The notes: generated by a model not told the origin, from the letters alone. A stretch of DNA of 64,000 nt from Elusimicrobia bacterium RIFOXYD2_FULL_34_15 (GCA_001800605.1 MGVS01000118.1:3047-67046); one strand, 5' to 3'; shown: positions 19,012 to 28,670, counted from the first letter of the stretch. Translations and numbers: made by a program.

Positions 19012-19932
19012 TTAGAACTTTGCATTTAAAGAAATTCTGTTATTACTGCTTAAATCGGTGTGTGAAATAAATGCATAATCAAGCTGGTAAGATTTCCAGC
19101 CAATTCCGAAACCTGCTGTAATCTGACTTAAATATGTTTTAAATCCTGCTCGGGGTATAAATGAAAATTTATCAGTGATAATCCAATTATATTCAGCACC
19201 TAAATTAACCGAAGGTGTAGAAAAATTGGTTAATGTTCTTAAATCTGTTGCTACCGTTAAATGTTTGAAATATGCATCTTTTACTGATAAACCCAAATCA
19301 AGTATTTTTCCCACTGCGACAGATTCATCAACATACTTTAAACTTCCGCCTATGTTTGATATTGCTAAACCCATATCCATTTTTTCCCAAAAAGGACATA
19401 CTCGCTGGAAACCTAAATCCACACCGAATCCCGATGCACTTTCGGTATCCAGATCTGAACTGATAAATTTCAATGTGATTCCGGCGTCTATATCATAATA
19501 TGTTTTCCTGCCATAACTTAATCCAACCGCTAAATCTCCGATACTAGCATTAGAATCCGGTTCTTCGGTATCGCCCGCTCTTTTTTCATATGTCGTAGAT
19601 AAATATGTGACGCTGATGCCTGCCGTACCTTTATTATCACTTAATGGATGAACATACGACGCATATTCGTGGCTTACATCCTCGTACCAGAATGTATGGG
19701 CCAGTAACGCTTGTTTTTGTGTCACCTTACTCAAACCTGCAGGATTCCAATATAATGAATATACATCATCGGCAACCGATGCAAATGCTTCGCCCATTCC
19801 GGCCGGACGCGCACCTGCACCTATTCTCAAAAATTCACCAGTCGTTGTTCCTGCATTTTCACTAATACTTACGGCGTTTGCAAAAGTAACAATTGTCAAA
19901 ATAATCACGGCTAAATAAAACACTTTCTTCAT
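19012..19932 (-). CDS. PorV/PorQ-like outer-membrane beta-barrel protein.
   Basis: Signal peptide MKKVFYLAVIILTIVTFANA. FLRIGAGARPAGMGEAFASVADDVYSLYWNPAGL. C-terminal ...ISLNAKF. Start moved to ATG 19932 (GGAGGC upstream). Confidence 0.65.
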   Translation of the reverse strand: MKKVFYLAVIILTIVTFANAVSISENAGTTTGEFLRIGAGARPAGMGEAFASVADDVYSLYWNPAGLSKVTQKQALLAHTFWYEDVSHEYASYVHPLSDNKGTAGISVTYLSTTYEKRAGDTEEPDSNASIGDLAVGLSYGRKTYYDIDAGITLKFISSDLDTESASGFGVDLGFQRVCPFWEKMDMGLAISNIGGSLKYVDESVAVGKILDLGLSVKDAYFKHLTVATDLRTLTNFSTPSVNLGAEYNWIITDKFSFIPRAGFKTYLSQITAGFGIGWKSYQLDYAFISHTDLSSNNRISLNAKF

Positions 19933-19968
19933 AAAAGCCTCCATTTTAAATATTATTTCATTCAAGGA

Positions 19969-22596
19969 CTAATATACCATTACTATTTTATTTTTTACTG
20001 TTTTATTCTTAGTTTCAGCTATAATGATATACACACCCGGGGCGCACAATTCGCCTTTTTGGTTTTTACCATCCCACTCAAGCGTATATGAAAATCCGCC
20101 TACCACATTATCATAGGAATTTTCTAATACAAGATCACCGGAAAGTGAATAAATCTTTAATTTCAAATCTTTTGTTTCCTGTGTCAAACTTAATTTTATA
20201 GTTGTATTCCCGCTTTTTTTCGGATTAAACGGATTAGGATAATTATATAGTTTTATATCTGTTCCGGAATATGCAGTGTATGTTGTAGTTGAAGTAGTTG
20301 TGCCTGTCGTAAAAGTAATATCAAATAATCCACATCCGCTGGTTGCCATAACTGAACCCCTGAACAGCCATGATACCGCCGTAGGCAAAAGTGCCACTGG
20401 TTTTAAAGGTGTCGCTCCCAAATCACTACTCATATAAATATAACCGGCATTCGTTCCATTATAAATTAAACCATCAAATATAAATGTTAGATCACTATAT
20501 AATCTATTCCCAGAACTTCTTGCAGGTAATCTTTTAGTAGCTAATTGTAATTTACCTTCATCTGTTGGAACTTCTGTTTTATTGTCACTTGGCTTCGGTG
20601 GTTCTTGATCCATATAAGTTAAATCTTCCCAGGTAACACCGCTATCCAGAGATATCGCGCATCCACCGCCAGTTTTTGAAGTATCTGTTGTAACTGTATG
20701 AACATATTGATAACCTACAATTAGATGCTCAGGTTTTGTAGGGTCTATAGAAATATTGGATATCCTAGTATCTGAAAATCCTATATTAGTCCAGGTTGAG
20801 CCGCCGTCAGTCGTCTTATACAAACCATCGCCATGTCCGGTAAAATTTCCGCCGTATTGGTTTTCGTCGCCACAAGCAACATACATCACACTTGGATTTG
20901 TAGTTGCCATTGCAATATAATAGATACCGTGATTTACGGGGAGTGATGTAATTTTATTCCAATTTGTTCCTGCATTTGTAGTTTTATACAAATAATTATC
21001 GGTAGTTGAAACAGCCGAAGAATTTGCAATACCTATATACATAATATTAGTATTTGTAGGATCAATAATTAGGTTAGTAGGAAATTGTGTCATAAAATTG
21101 TAGTTATATGGTGCTGCTGAAAAATCAACGAGTGTATTTGCAAAATTATCGGTGCCATTATCATTAGTATAATAAATCTTTAGATTAGCCATTAAGTAAA
21201 CTTTAGTTGCGCTATCCGGGGCAAAAGCCAGATACCTTACAAAGTCGGCACTCCCGCCTTTTTGAGGATAAACGCGCGACCAGCTGTCACCGTTATCATG
21301 GGAATAAAAGATATTATGATCCGCTAAAACATATAACCTGTTAGTACTTTTATCCTTTATCCCGTTCCTTATGTTTGGAGTAGTTATTCCTCTTTGTATT
21401 TGGAAATCATTAGAAGTAGTTGTACCAAGAGCGGTACTTGTAGTATAAAAAAAAGCCATCTCACTTTCTGCAACTCCCCAGTGACTGCCATCGGCATATC
21501 TAGAATCTACAACAATATCGTTAATAAACGAATTAATTTTTTCACGGTCTAATGCATCCGGAAGTGTTATATTATACCAGGAATTTGCCGGAAATCCGCC
21601 GGCAGCATCTGTACTTCTGCAAATTGAAGCGGAGGGTTGTGTACCGGTATTCGCATAAGCAAGCATCGAAGGTGGCGTTGTATCAGAATATAATATACCA
21701 ACGGGCCGATGACAACCGGCGGTTGTCCATAAAGGTACCGAAGACACCCTTACACCCCAGCTTGCACCGTCTGCACTACTATAAATATCGCCTTTACAGG
21801 TGATCATCCAAATTTTATTATTAGTACTATCCCAAGTCAATTGGTATGCAGGTTCTGTAAACGATGATGCTTGAGTAAAAGATACTCCGCTATTGGTACT
21901 ATAATAAACTTTTCCGGTTGTGGGATTATCTGCATTATCTCGGTTGAAACTTAAAAATTCATCTACAACACTTACAATTATTCTTCCGGCATTTGCACCG
22001 GAAGGTATTTGCAATACATCCGTTATACTTTCTGCACTGGTTACTGTTAATCCGGCTTCGGCCCATGTTAAACCGCCGTCCGTGCTCATATTTAAAACCG
22101 AAGCTTTGGCGTCTAAATCTTTGGTGCCGGTTTGGATAGCGGCAAAAAAATAATCACTATTATATAGTGATGATGTTACTATCGCGGCTCTTTTCCACAT
22201 TTCATTGGTTGCGCCGAGTGAAATACATGTCCAATTCTCTCCGCCGTCCGTACTTCGCCATAATGGCGACCATCCTTCATCTGCAACTAAAACAAGATTT
22301 GCATTTGATGAACTAACCGCTACTGAACCGGTATGGTGATTACCATATATAGTTGTCGTGCTCGCTGCTACAAAAGAATCACTTGGCTGCACGGAAGTCT
22401 TTCTTATCCATGTTTGTCCGCCGTCAGTACTTTTATACAGCCCGTAGCTTACCGCGTAAAAAGTACCCGGAGCACTGGGCGCTTCAACTATACGCCTTAC
22501 CCAGCCGCCGTCGATACTTTTAGGAACATACTCGGTAACAGAAAAAATTAATGATGGAACGACCAATAGTCCAATAAGAAATAATAGTTTTTTCAT
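19969..22596 (-). CDS. Secreted BNR/Asp-box beta-propeller protein with a FlgD-Ig / T9SS-type C-terminal domain.
   Basis: Asp-boxes STDGGQTW, STDGGENW, STDGGLTW, SHDNGDSW, TTNAGTNW, TTDGGSTW, SLDSGVTW. CTD NYPNPFNP...EWDGKNQKGELCAPGVY...KIVMVY. Start moved to ATG 22596 (GGAGGGAAAG upstream). Confidence 0.75.
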   Translation of the reverse strand: MKKLLFLIGLLVVPSLIFSVTEYVPKSIDGGWVRRIVEAPSAPGTFYAVSYGLYKSTDGGQTWIRKTSVQPSDSFVAASTTTIYGNHHTGSVAVSSSNANLVLVADEGWSPLWRSTDGGENWTCISLGATNEMWKRAAIVTSSLYNSDYFFAAIQTGTKDLDAKASVLNMSTDGGLTWAEAGLTVTSAESITDVLQIPSGANAGRIIVSVVDEFLSFNRDNADNPTTGKVYYSTNSGVSFTQASSFTEPAYQLTWDSTNNKIWMITCKGDIYSSADGASWGVRVSSVPLWTTAGCHRPVGILYSDTTPPSMLAYANTGTQPSASICRSTDAAGGFPANSWYNITLPDALDREKINSFINDIVVDSRYADGSHWGVAESEMAFFYTTSTALGTTTSNDFQIQRGITTPNIRNGIKDKSTNRLYVLADHNIFYSHDNGDSWSRVYPQKGGSADFVRYLAFAPDSATKVYLMANLKIYYTNDNGTDNFANTLVDFSAAPYNYNFMTQFPTNLIIDPTNTNIMYIGIANSSAVSTTDNYLYKTTNAGTNWNKITSLPVNHGIYYIAMATTNPSVMYVACGDENQYGGNFTGHGDGLYKTTDGGSTWTNIGFSDTRISNISIDPTKPEHLIVGYQYVHTVTTDTSKTGGGCAISLDSGVTWEDLTYMDQEPPKPSDNKTEVPTDEGKLQLATKRLPARSSGNRLYSDLTFIFDGLIYNGTNAGYIYMSSDLGATPLKPVALLPTAVSWLFRGSVMATSGCGLFDITFTTGTTTSTTTYTAYSGTDIKLYNYPNPFNPKKSGNTTIKLSLTQETKDLKLKIYSLSGDLVLENSYDNVVGGFSYTLEWDGKNQKGELCAPGVYIIIAETKNKTVKNKIVMVY

Positions 22597-22641
22597 CTTT
22601 CCCTCCGCATATCGCCTCGCCAACGGTTCAATGGCGGGCAA

Positions 22642-22738
22642 GTAGCGCCCTGCCTGCCGTCAGGCAGGCTCGCCAACGTTTTCTTGTCCGCCAAATTCGC
22701 CAGCTGGCGAATCAGTGGCGGAAGTGGCGGGCATCTTA
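22642..22738. repeat. Composite intergenic element between the two BNR paralogs.
   Basis: A 34-nt block (22642-22675, containing the hairpin cctgcctg-ccgt-caggcagg) and a 35-nt block (22724-22758) are identical to 25147-25180 and 25189-25223. About 48 nt of extra CCGCC/GGCGG modules lie between the blocks here. Confidence 0.85.
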
Positions 22739-25135
22739 TTATCTAACCAATACTATTTTATTTTTCACTTTCTCACCGTCGGCATCCGCAACCACAAAAT
22801 ATACTCCCGGAGCACACAGCTCGCCTTTCTGGTTTTTGCCGTCCCATTCAAACGTATACGAATTTCCGCCGGCATAGTTGTAATATCTATCCTCAGTTAT
22901 AAGGTCACCCGACATACTGTATATTTTCAATGTCAGTTTTTCTGCGGTTTCCCTCAAACCAAATTTTATCACTGTTTTTCCGTTTTTGGGATTGAACGGA
23001 TTGGGGTAATTATATAATGTGAAACTAGCGGAACCGGTGTATGTTGTTACTCCTGTCCAGTTAAGTCTGTAAATTCCTTTATTAGCACCTGAATACATCG
23101 AACCGACTATAAGGCACCTTATAGTGCCCAAATCAGTGCTGGTTGCCACCTGCTGAAAGGATACCGAAGGGTCAACCGTTGCATATACACCTTCCGAAGA
23201 AGCCAAATAGTATACGCCATCCGACCATTTAATATCTAAAGCATTGGGCGTCGAAGACATATTATAAACATAAACCTTACTCCAAGTTACTCCACTATCT
23301 TTGGAATAAAATGTAGCTCCATTGTAATGATAAGTTGAGGTATCAGTTCTGTCATGACAACTTGCCATAATAATTCCATCCGAAGAAACGGTTATTTTAT
23401 AAGGTAAATAGTCGGCAAGACCTATTTGGCTCCATGTCGGCGGATTAGTACCATCATCTATTATTTTCCATATTCCGCCATATGTCCAATTTGAAGAATA
23501 CATAGGAGAATTACCTAACCCGGCATAAATGATTGTAGGATTGGTTGGATCAATTGCCAATGTTTGAACGGCATTATCCGAGGTTAACCCTAGCTGCGTC
23601 CAAGTTGTGCTGGAACCGTAATTAGTTGTCTTATATATTGTCGCAGATGTTGCAGACATCGGTTTTTTTAATGAAAAATATCCTATTGCAGGATTTGTTT
23701 TATTAAATACTAAAGCTGAAAATGAAAGTTCATCGCCGGTAGTAACAGACGTAGAATAAACCATGTTCCATGTTATTCCGGTATCCGTACTTCGGTATAA
23801 ATCTCCGGCAGAACCCACAAAAACATTATTCACTTCAGGAGCAGCCACCGCACCGCCCATACTAAACTTGTGATGTTTATTTGTTGAACTATAAGACCGT
23901 TCCAAATCCGGACTAAAAACTCTTTTCCATACCGTACCGTTTACCGTGCCTTTATAAACACACATTGAACTCAAGACATATATATCGCCGTTGGGATCTT
24001 TACAGCCGGCATTTGCAACTAAACCCGCAAGACCGCTGTTTGCCGCTTTCCAGCTAAATCCGGTATCGGTGCTTTTCATTATACCGTCATCATTGCCGAG
24101 CCCGACACTGTTATTTCCGACCATATACATAGTATTTGGATTTGCCGGATCTATCAGCACATATCCGCCAAGAACATAACTGTTTGAATCTATAAGAACA
24201 GCATCATTCCAGCCGGTAGTAGACGATGTAATTATTGCAAAACCGTCCATTTTTGTCATATATATTTTTGTACCGTCAGGAGAAACGGTTATCTTGTCCT
24301 GACCTGTGACTTTTTTAAAACTAGCCCCCGCATTAGTACTAATATGAACGCCTTTGTCATTCCCATATTGCAGAGTTGATACTGCAAGTGTATTTGATGA
24401 AGTAGCCAGATATCTTGGGGCAGCGGTAAGAGTAAGAACCGTATTCCATGTATCGCCGCCATTTGAACTTTTCTTTATCCAGCCGTTAAACTCGCTCTCC
24501 CACTGAGGACCGGTATTCCCTGAACTAATCGCCTTATCCCCTATTGAGACATAAACATTATTATCTTTATCAACGCATAAATCCGACACGATTTTATTTC
24601 CGCTTGTAAATGCCGTTTTCGTCCAAGTCAAACCCGCGTCAATTGATTTATACACAACACCGTCAAGGTTTGTAAAATCCTGCCCTAATAAATAGAATGT
24701 ATCCGGAGCAGACGGTGAAGCAGCTATCTGTGTCACATTGACATTTTGCGAGGTAATTTCAGTACCTACCTTTGTCCATATTGTACCATAATCCACTGAA
24801 CGGTAAATATCGGTTGCAAAACTTCCAAAAGCGCCGCCGATTACAATATTAGGCGAAACAGGATGTACCGCTATTTTATCCAGACTATCATTCTGGGCAC
24901 CCAAACTTTTGATACTGCCTACAGCTGTCCATGTCGCAGCACCGTCTCTTGTAACAAATGTTCCCGAATACGTAGAACCGGCATATATTACTGTCGGACT
25001 GGACGGGCACATTGCAGCAACACTTATATCGCCGCCATAAACAGGCACTTTTGTAAAATTTGCAGCTAAAAGACAGGTAGATAGGTAAAGAGGTAAACAG
25101 ATAGATAGTAATAAAAAATAAAATGTTTTTTTCAT
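22739..25135 (-). CDS. Secreted BNR/Asp-box beta-propeller protein, a paralog of 19969-22596, with the same C-terminal domain.
   Basis: Asp-boxes TRDGAATW, SVDYGTIW, SIDAGLTW, SSNGGDTW, STDTGFSW, STDTGITW, SKDSGVTW. CTD NYPNPFNP...EWDGKNQKGELCAPGVY...KIVLVR. GGAGGAAAG before the ATG. Confidence 0.75.
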   Translation of the reverse strand: MKKTFYFLLLSICLPLYLSTCLLAANFTKVPVYGGDISVAAMCPSSPTVIYAGSTYSGTFVTRDGAATWTAVGSIKSLGAQNDSLDKIAVHPVSPNIVIGGAFGSFATDIYRSVDYGTIWTKVGTEITSQNVNVTQIAASPSAPDTFYLLGQDFTNLDGVVYKSIDAGLTWTKTAFTSGNKIVSDLCVDKDNNVYVSIGDKAISSGNTGPQWESEFNGWIKKSSNGGDTWNTVLTLTAAPRYLATSSNTLAVSTLQYGNDKGVHISTNAGASFKKVTGQDKITVSPDGTKIYMTKMDGFAIITSSTTGWNDAVLIDSNSYVLGGYVLIDPANPNTMYMVGNNSVGLGNDDGIMKSTDTGFSWKAANSGLAGLVANAGCKDPNGDIYVLSSMCVYKGTVNGTVWKRVFSPDLERSYSSTNKHHKFSMGGAVAAPEVNNVFVGSAGDLYRSTDTGITWNMVYSTSVTTGDELSFSALVFNKTNPAIGYFSLKKPMSATSATIYKTTNYGSSTTWTQLGLTSDNAVQTLAIDPTNPTIIYAGLGNSPMYSSNWTYGGIWKIIDDGTNPPTWSQIGLADYLPYKITVSSDGIIMASCHDRTDTSTYHYNGATFYSKDSGVTWSKVYVYNMSSTPNALDIKWSDGVYYLASSEGVYATVDPSVSFQQVATSTDLGTIRCLIVGSMYSGANKGIYRLNWTGVTTYTGSASFTLYNYPNPFNPKNGKTVIKFGLRETAEKLTLKIYSMSGDLITEDRYYNYAGGNSYTFEWDGKNQKGELCAPGVYFVVADADGEKVKNKIVLVR

Positions 25136-25203
25136 CTTTCCTCCACGTAGCGCCCTGCCTGCCGTCAGGCAGGCTCGCCATTTTCTAAGTGGCGGGCATC
25201 TTA

Positions 25204-25224
25204 TTATCTAACCAATACTATTTC
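25204..25224 (-). pseudogene. Relic 3' end (last ~6 codons plus stop, ...EIVLVR*) of a lost third BNR/CTD paralog.
   Basis: The 35 nt at 25189-25223 are identical to 22724-22758, which spans the stop and last codons (KIVLVR*) of gene 22739-25135. Confidence 0.6.
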
Positions 25225-25237
25225 ATTTATCGGTAAG

Positions 25238-25265
25238 ATTTTACAAAAAAAACCAAAAATGTCAA
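25238..25265 (-). promoter_or_regulatory. Near-consensus sigma-70 promoter for the BNR-BNR-PorV operon.
   Basis: Minus-strand read: TTGACA (25265-25260), 16-nt spacer, TAAAAT (25243-25238). Confidence 0.55.
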
Positions 25266-25465
25266 GACTTTTTATCTTGATTAGAAAAGGTTAAAGATTG
25301 GATATAAGAAAGAATGATTTATTAGGTTAGAAGTTTAAGGTTTAAATTAAGTCTTTTTTAATTTTTACTTTTAATTTATACTTTTTCCGCCATTAAGGCT
25401 TCGGTGGAACTTGCCTGACGGCAGTCAGGTCCGCCAGCCAGCGATTAGGTGGCGGAAACTTGCTT

Positions 25466-26038
25466 TTATTTATATTCATTAAAACTTAAAATATCGTCGA
25501 TTGGTTTTCTTGTTTCGGAGCCTGCGTGCCTGCGGATTGGGTCTTTTGTTTTGTAACTTTCATCGGGATAACCCATACATATAATGGAAGGAATCTCTAA
25601 GTTTTTAGGTATATTCAATACTTTCCTTACTGCATTTTCATTAAACCAACCAACATAGCAGGACCCTAGTCCAAATTCTGTCGCCTGTAATACTATATGT
25701 TCGCAAACTATGCCGATATCTATTAGGTAAAATCTTGTGTTTCTAACCAGAGAACCTGCTCTTGACAAGAAACTTCCTTTATCTGCCAATACCAATATTA
25801 TTACGGGTGCCTCGTGAACGAATTTGCTCATTCTGTAAATCCCGGAAGTGGCTGCTTCCGCAACTTTTTTTCTCATTTCAGGATTATCAACTACTATAAA
25901 TTTCCAGGGCTGAGCATTGCACGCAGAAGGTGAAACGCGGGCTGATTCAATACATCGAATTATTTTTTCTTTCTCAACTGGTGTATTGCTAAATTTCCTG
26001 CAACTGTACCTTTTTAATACCAATTCTTTAAATTCCAT
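25466..26038 (-). CDS. Nitroreductase-family protein.
   Basis: RYSCRKF...SPSACNAQPWKFIVV; ~190 aa, typical of the NfnB/NfsA-like fold. Confidence 0.8.
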   Translation of the reverse strand: MEFKELVLKRYSCRKFSNTPVEKEKIIRCIESARVSPSACNAQPWKFIVVDNPEMRKKVAEAATSGIYRMSKFVHEAPVIILVLADKGSFLSRAGSLVRNTRFYLIDIGIVCEHIVLQATEFGLGSCYVGWFNENAVRKVLNIPKNLEIPSIICMGYPDESYKTKDPIRRHAGSETRKPIDDILSFNEYK

Positions 26039-26163
26039 AGATATTCTCCATAAATCAAACTTCGTGAGATAGCGCGGTAGTGCGGTTGTGCGATGGTGCA
26101 GTGTTTAAATTAATTTTTTAGCCATTGCCCAGCTTGTACCGCCACATCGGGATTACTCGTTAC

Positions 26164-27276
26164 TTACTTTTCTATTATTATTTTTACTATTTCTGAACGT
26201 GAGAAAAGCCGCATCGGCGGGCCCCATGTGCCTGTTCCAAATGTTGTATATATATAAGATGAATTCTTTTTATGAAATCCATATGAATATTTATAAATTA
26301 ATGTTACTAATAAATCCACAGGCGGTATTTGTCCGGCATGGGTATGGCCTGACAACTGTAAATCAACACCTGATTTAACAGCGTCTTTGAACATCGTCGG
26401 CCGATGAGCTAGCAGAATCACCGGTTTTTTGAAATCACAATTTTTTAATGCTAAATTTAAATCTGGCCCACCGCCGGAGAACCTTTTACCTTCTTCATCA
26501 TTGACGCCTGCAAGTTCTATACAATTAGCAATTGTAACTTTTTCATTTCTTAAAACATTTATATTACTGTTTTTGCATATATCTAAAAATGTTTCAAGCC
26601 CGGTATAGTATTCGTGATTACCTGTAATCGCATAAACGCCATATTTTGACTTTAGTTTTGTTAGCAATTCACAATGATCATCTATATTGCATAAATTCGT
26701 ATCAATCAAATCACCGGTAATAACAATAATATCGGGATTTAGTGCGTTCGTTTTCTCAACAACATCATTGAACCATTTTCTATTTTTAAGAAAATCTAAG
26801 TGCAAATCTGATAACTGAACAATCGAAAATTTTGATAAATTTTTTGGTAACTTTTCAGTTTTTAATTTTATTTCTTTTATTCTTATTCCACGGGATACGT
26901 TATAAATTGAAAATATGGTTAGAAGCGTTATGGCAGAAATTGAATAAATCGTAGAATAATATCTGAATTGCTGTGAATTAAAAAATACTCTTAAAATATC
27001 TGCAATTAAAAATACCGAGATTGAAATTGAAATTACCCCTAACCAGAGTGTTCCAAAATGAGCAAATGGTTTTATCCAGGATGAAATTACATGCCTGCTT
27101 AAAAATTCGCTTAAAACAAAAGATAATGCTGCAATTAAAAAGAAAAATCTAAGATAATTAGTAACAGGTGCTGAGAGTAATAGTCCGCTTACAATACGGG
27201 TATACACATAGTAGTGCATCCCTAAATATGTCGAAGAAATAAGTATGATAAAAATTATGATATATATTAGTGCCAT
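26164..27276 (-). CDS. Membrane-anchored metallophosphoesterase.
   Basis: About four N-terminal TM helices, then QLSDLHLD, ITGDLID, GNHEY and GHTHAGQ. Confidence 0.8.
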   Translation of the reverse strand: MALIYIIIFIILISSTYLGMHYYVYTRIVSGLLLSAPVTNYLRFFFLIAALSFVLSEFLSRHVISSWIKPFAHFGTLWLGVISISISVFLIADILRVFFNSQQFRYYSTIYSISAITLLTIFSIYNVSRGIRIKEIKLKTEKLPKNLSKFSIVQLSDLHLDFLKNRKWFNDVVEKTNALNPDIIVITGDLIDTNLCNIDDHCELLTKLKSKYGVYAITGNHEYYTGLETFLDICKNSNINVLRNEKVTIANCIELAGVNDEEGKRFSGGGPDLNLALKNCDFKKPVILLAHRPTMFKDAVKSGVDLQLSGHTHAGQIPPVDLLVTLIYKYSYGFHKKNSSYIYTTFGTGTWGPPMRLFSRSEIVKIIIEK

Positions 27277-27282
27277 TTTTTT

Positions 27283-27436
27283 AGTACTCAGGATACAGTA
27301 TACAGAATACAGTTATTGATAATTTATAAAACTTAATCCTGCATGTCCGCCAACGTCTCAGTGGAGGATGAGCTATTATCCTGTGCACCGCCATTCATAA
27401 GCTGTATCCTGAATCCTGTATACTGTGTGCTTGCCT
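27283..27436. repeat. ~150-nt composite long-hairpin element, copy 2, with its internal site filled by a 27-nt CCGCC/GGAGG module.
   Basis: Arms agtactcaggatacagtatacagaatacag / ctgtatcctgaatcctgtatactgtgt. The nested insert lies within 27335-27370. The element ends exactly at the stop codon of the MFS gene. Confidence 0.8.
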
Positions 27437-28630
27437 CTAAACGAATTCTTTCCTAATCATTATTGTTATAACTAAACATATCACACCGCCGATTACTACT
27501 GTAGCAGGTGCTGTTAACTTAGATGCTAAAAATCCCGCAAGGATACTGCCAAGCGGAGCTAAGCCCATAAAAGACATTGTAAAAAAACCCATTATTTTTC
27601 CGCGCATATCATCAGGCACCGTTATTTGTAAAAATGTATTGCTTAATACCATCTGTGAAACTAAAAAGTAACCTGTAAAAACTAGAAACAATATGGATAA
27701 AATTATATTTTTTGAAACTCCGAAAGCAATCACAAACAGGCCTAAAAATAACGCCGAATTAACTATAGTTTTCTTTATTCCGCTATTTTTACTATTATAA
27801 GCGATACTAAATGTTCCGATAAGTGCTCCTACACCTATAGCAGACATGAAAATACCTAAACCACCGGCATCTAATTTATAAATATCTTTAACAAACACCG
27901 GCATCAATATCGTAGGAAATACACCGATTATTCCGGTGATTGAAACCAATAAAAGAACATATATTATAATTCTTTTACTGCGTATGTATTTAATCCCTAG
28001 TATCAATTCCTGAAAAATTGATAGGCCATTATTATTATAGTTTGTTGATAATGGTTTTATAAATAACAAAGCAATTATAACTGCAAGAAAACTTATTCCG
28101 TTCAAAATAAAGCATAAACCTTCACCAAAAGAAGCAATCAGAATTCCGGCGATTGCTGGACCTATAAAACGCGCACCGTTAAACATAAAAGAATTTAACG
28201 CTATAGCATTGGTTAAATCTTCTTTACCAACCATCTCGTGAATAAAAGACTGCCGGGTAGGCATATCAAATGCGTTTACTATACCTACAAAAACTGCTAA
28301 TACAATTATATGCCATATATGCAGCTTCCCGGAAATAGTAAGCACTCCAAGAATTATTGCCTGTATCATCGCAAGCGTTTGGGTTATAATTAAAATTTTT
28401 TTTCGGTTGTATCGGTCTGCAACCGCACCGGCATATGGGGCAAGAATCAAAATAGGGATTTGACTCAAAAACCCTACAAGTCCTAACAGTAAAGATGATG
28501 AAGTAAGATGATAGACAAGCCATGGCATTGCTGTCAACTGCAACCATGTTCCTATTACGGAAATCAGCTGGCCAATAAAAAATAATTTAAAATTTTTATG
28601 TTTAAATGATTTGAAAATTTCTTTATTCAT
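27437..28630 (-). CDS. MFS transporter.
   Basis: About 12 TM helices. PWLVYHLTSS...PYAGAVADRYNRKK. The track start at 28639 is TTG, so I prefer ATG 28630. Confidence 0.8.
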   Translation of the reverse strand: MNKEIFKSFKHKNFKLFFIGQLISVIGTWLQLTAMPWLVYHLTSSSLLLGLVGFLSQIPILILAPYAGAVADRYNRKKILIITQTLAMIQAIILGVLTISGKLHIWHIIVLAVFVGIVNAFDMPTRQSFIHEMVGKEDLTNAIALNSFMFNGARFIGPAIAGILIASFGEGLCFILNGISFLAVIIALLFIKPLSTNYNNNGLSIFQELILGIKYIRSKRIIIYVLLLVSITGIIGVFPTILMPVFVKDIYKLDAGGLGIFMSAIGVGALIGTFSIAYNSKNSGIKKTIVNSALFLGLFVIAFGVSKNIILSILFLVFTGYFLVSQMVLSNTFLQITVPDDMRGKIMGFFTMSFMGLAPLGSILAGFLASKLTAPATVVIGGVICLVITIMIRKEFV

Positions 28631-28641
28631 AACAAACAATT

Positions 28642-28670
28642 ATTATACTTAAAAAACTATCTGGCACCAA
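28642..28670 (-). promoter_or_regulatory. Sigma-70-like promoter candidate for the MFS gene, leaving a near-leaderless mRNA.
   Basis: Minus-strand read: TTGGTG, 17-nt spacer, TATAAT, then 11 nt to ATG 28630. Confidence 0.35.

Noticed and set aside
22597-22641. N-terminal extension of the BNR gene in the track (MPAIEPLARRYAEGK...). Similar extensions occur at 30888-30935 (macB), 19933-19965, 37388-37420, 38778-38807 and 57218-57229.
   Set aside because: The extensions run into repeat modules, lack an SD, and often begin with TTG. Internal ATGs with GGAGG-type SDs and canonical N-termini (signal peptide, or MAKIIELKNISKTY for MacB) fit better.
19012-25135. Calling this locus a type IX secretion system.
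   Set aside because: Only a PorV-like barrel and CTD-like cargo tails are visible. No PorK/L/M/N, Sov/SprA or PorU homolog is recognisable in 64 kb. I therefore report only a cargo/barrel association.
24888-25181. 97-aa minus-strand ORF and the 22715-23017 plus-strand ORF at the BNR gene ends. Other internal alternative-frame ORFs include 28266-28547, 28915-29103 and 35448-35897.
   Set aside because: They lie in alternative frames or on the antisense strand of well-supported long genes. Their compositions are typical of out-of-frame translation.
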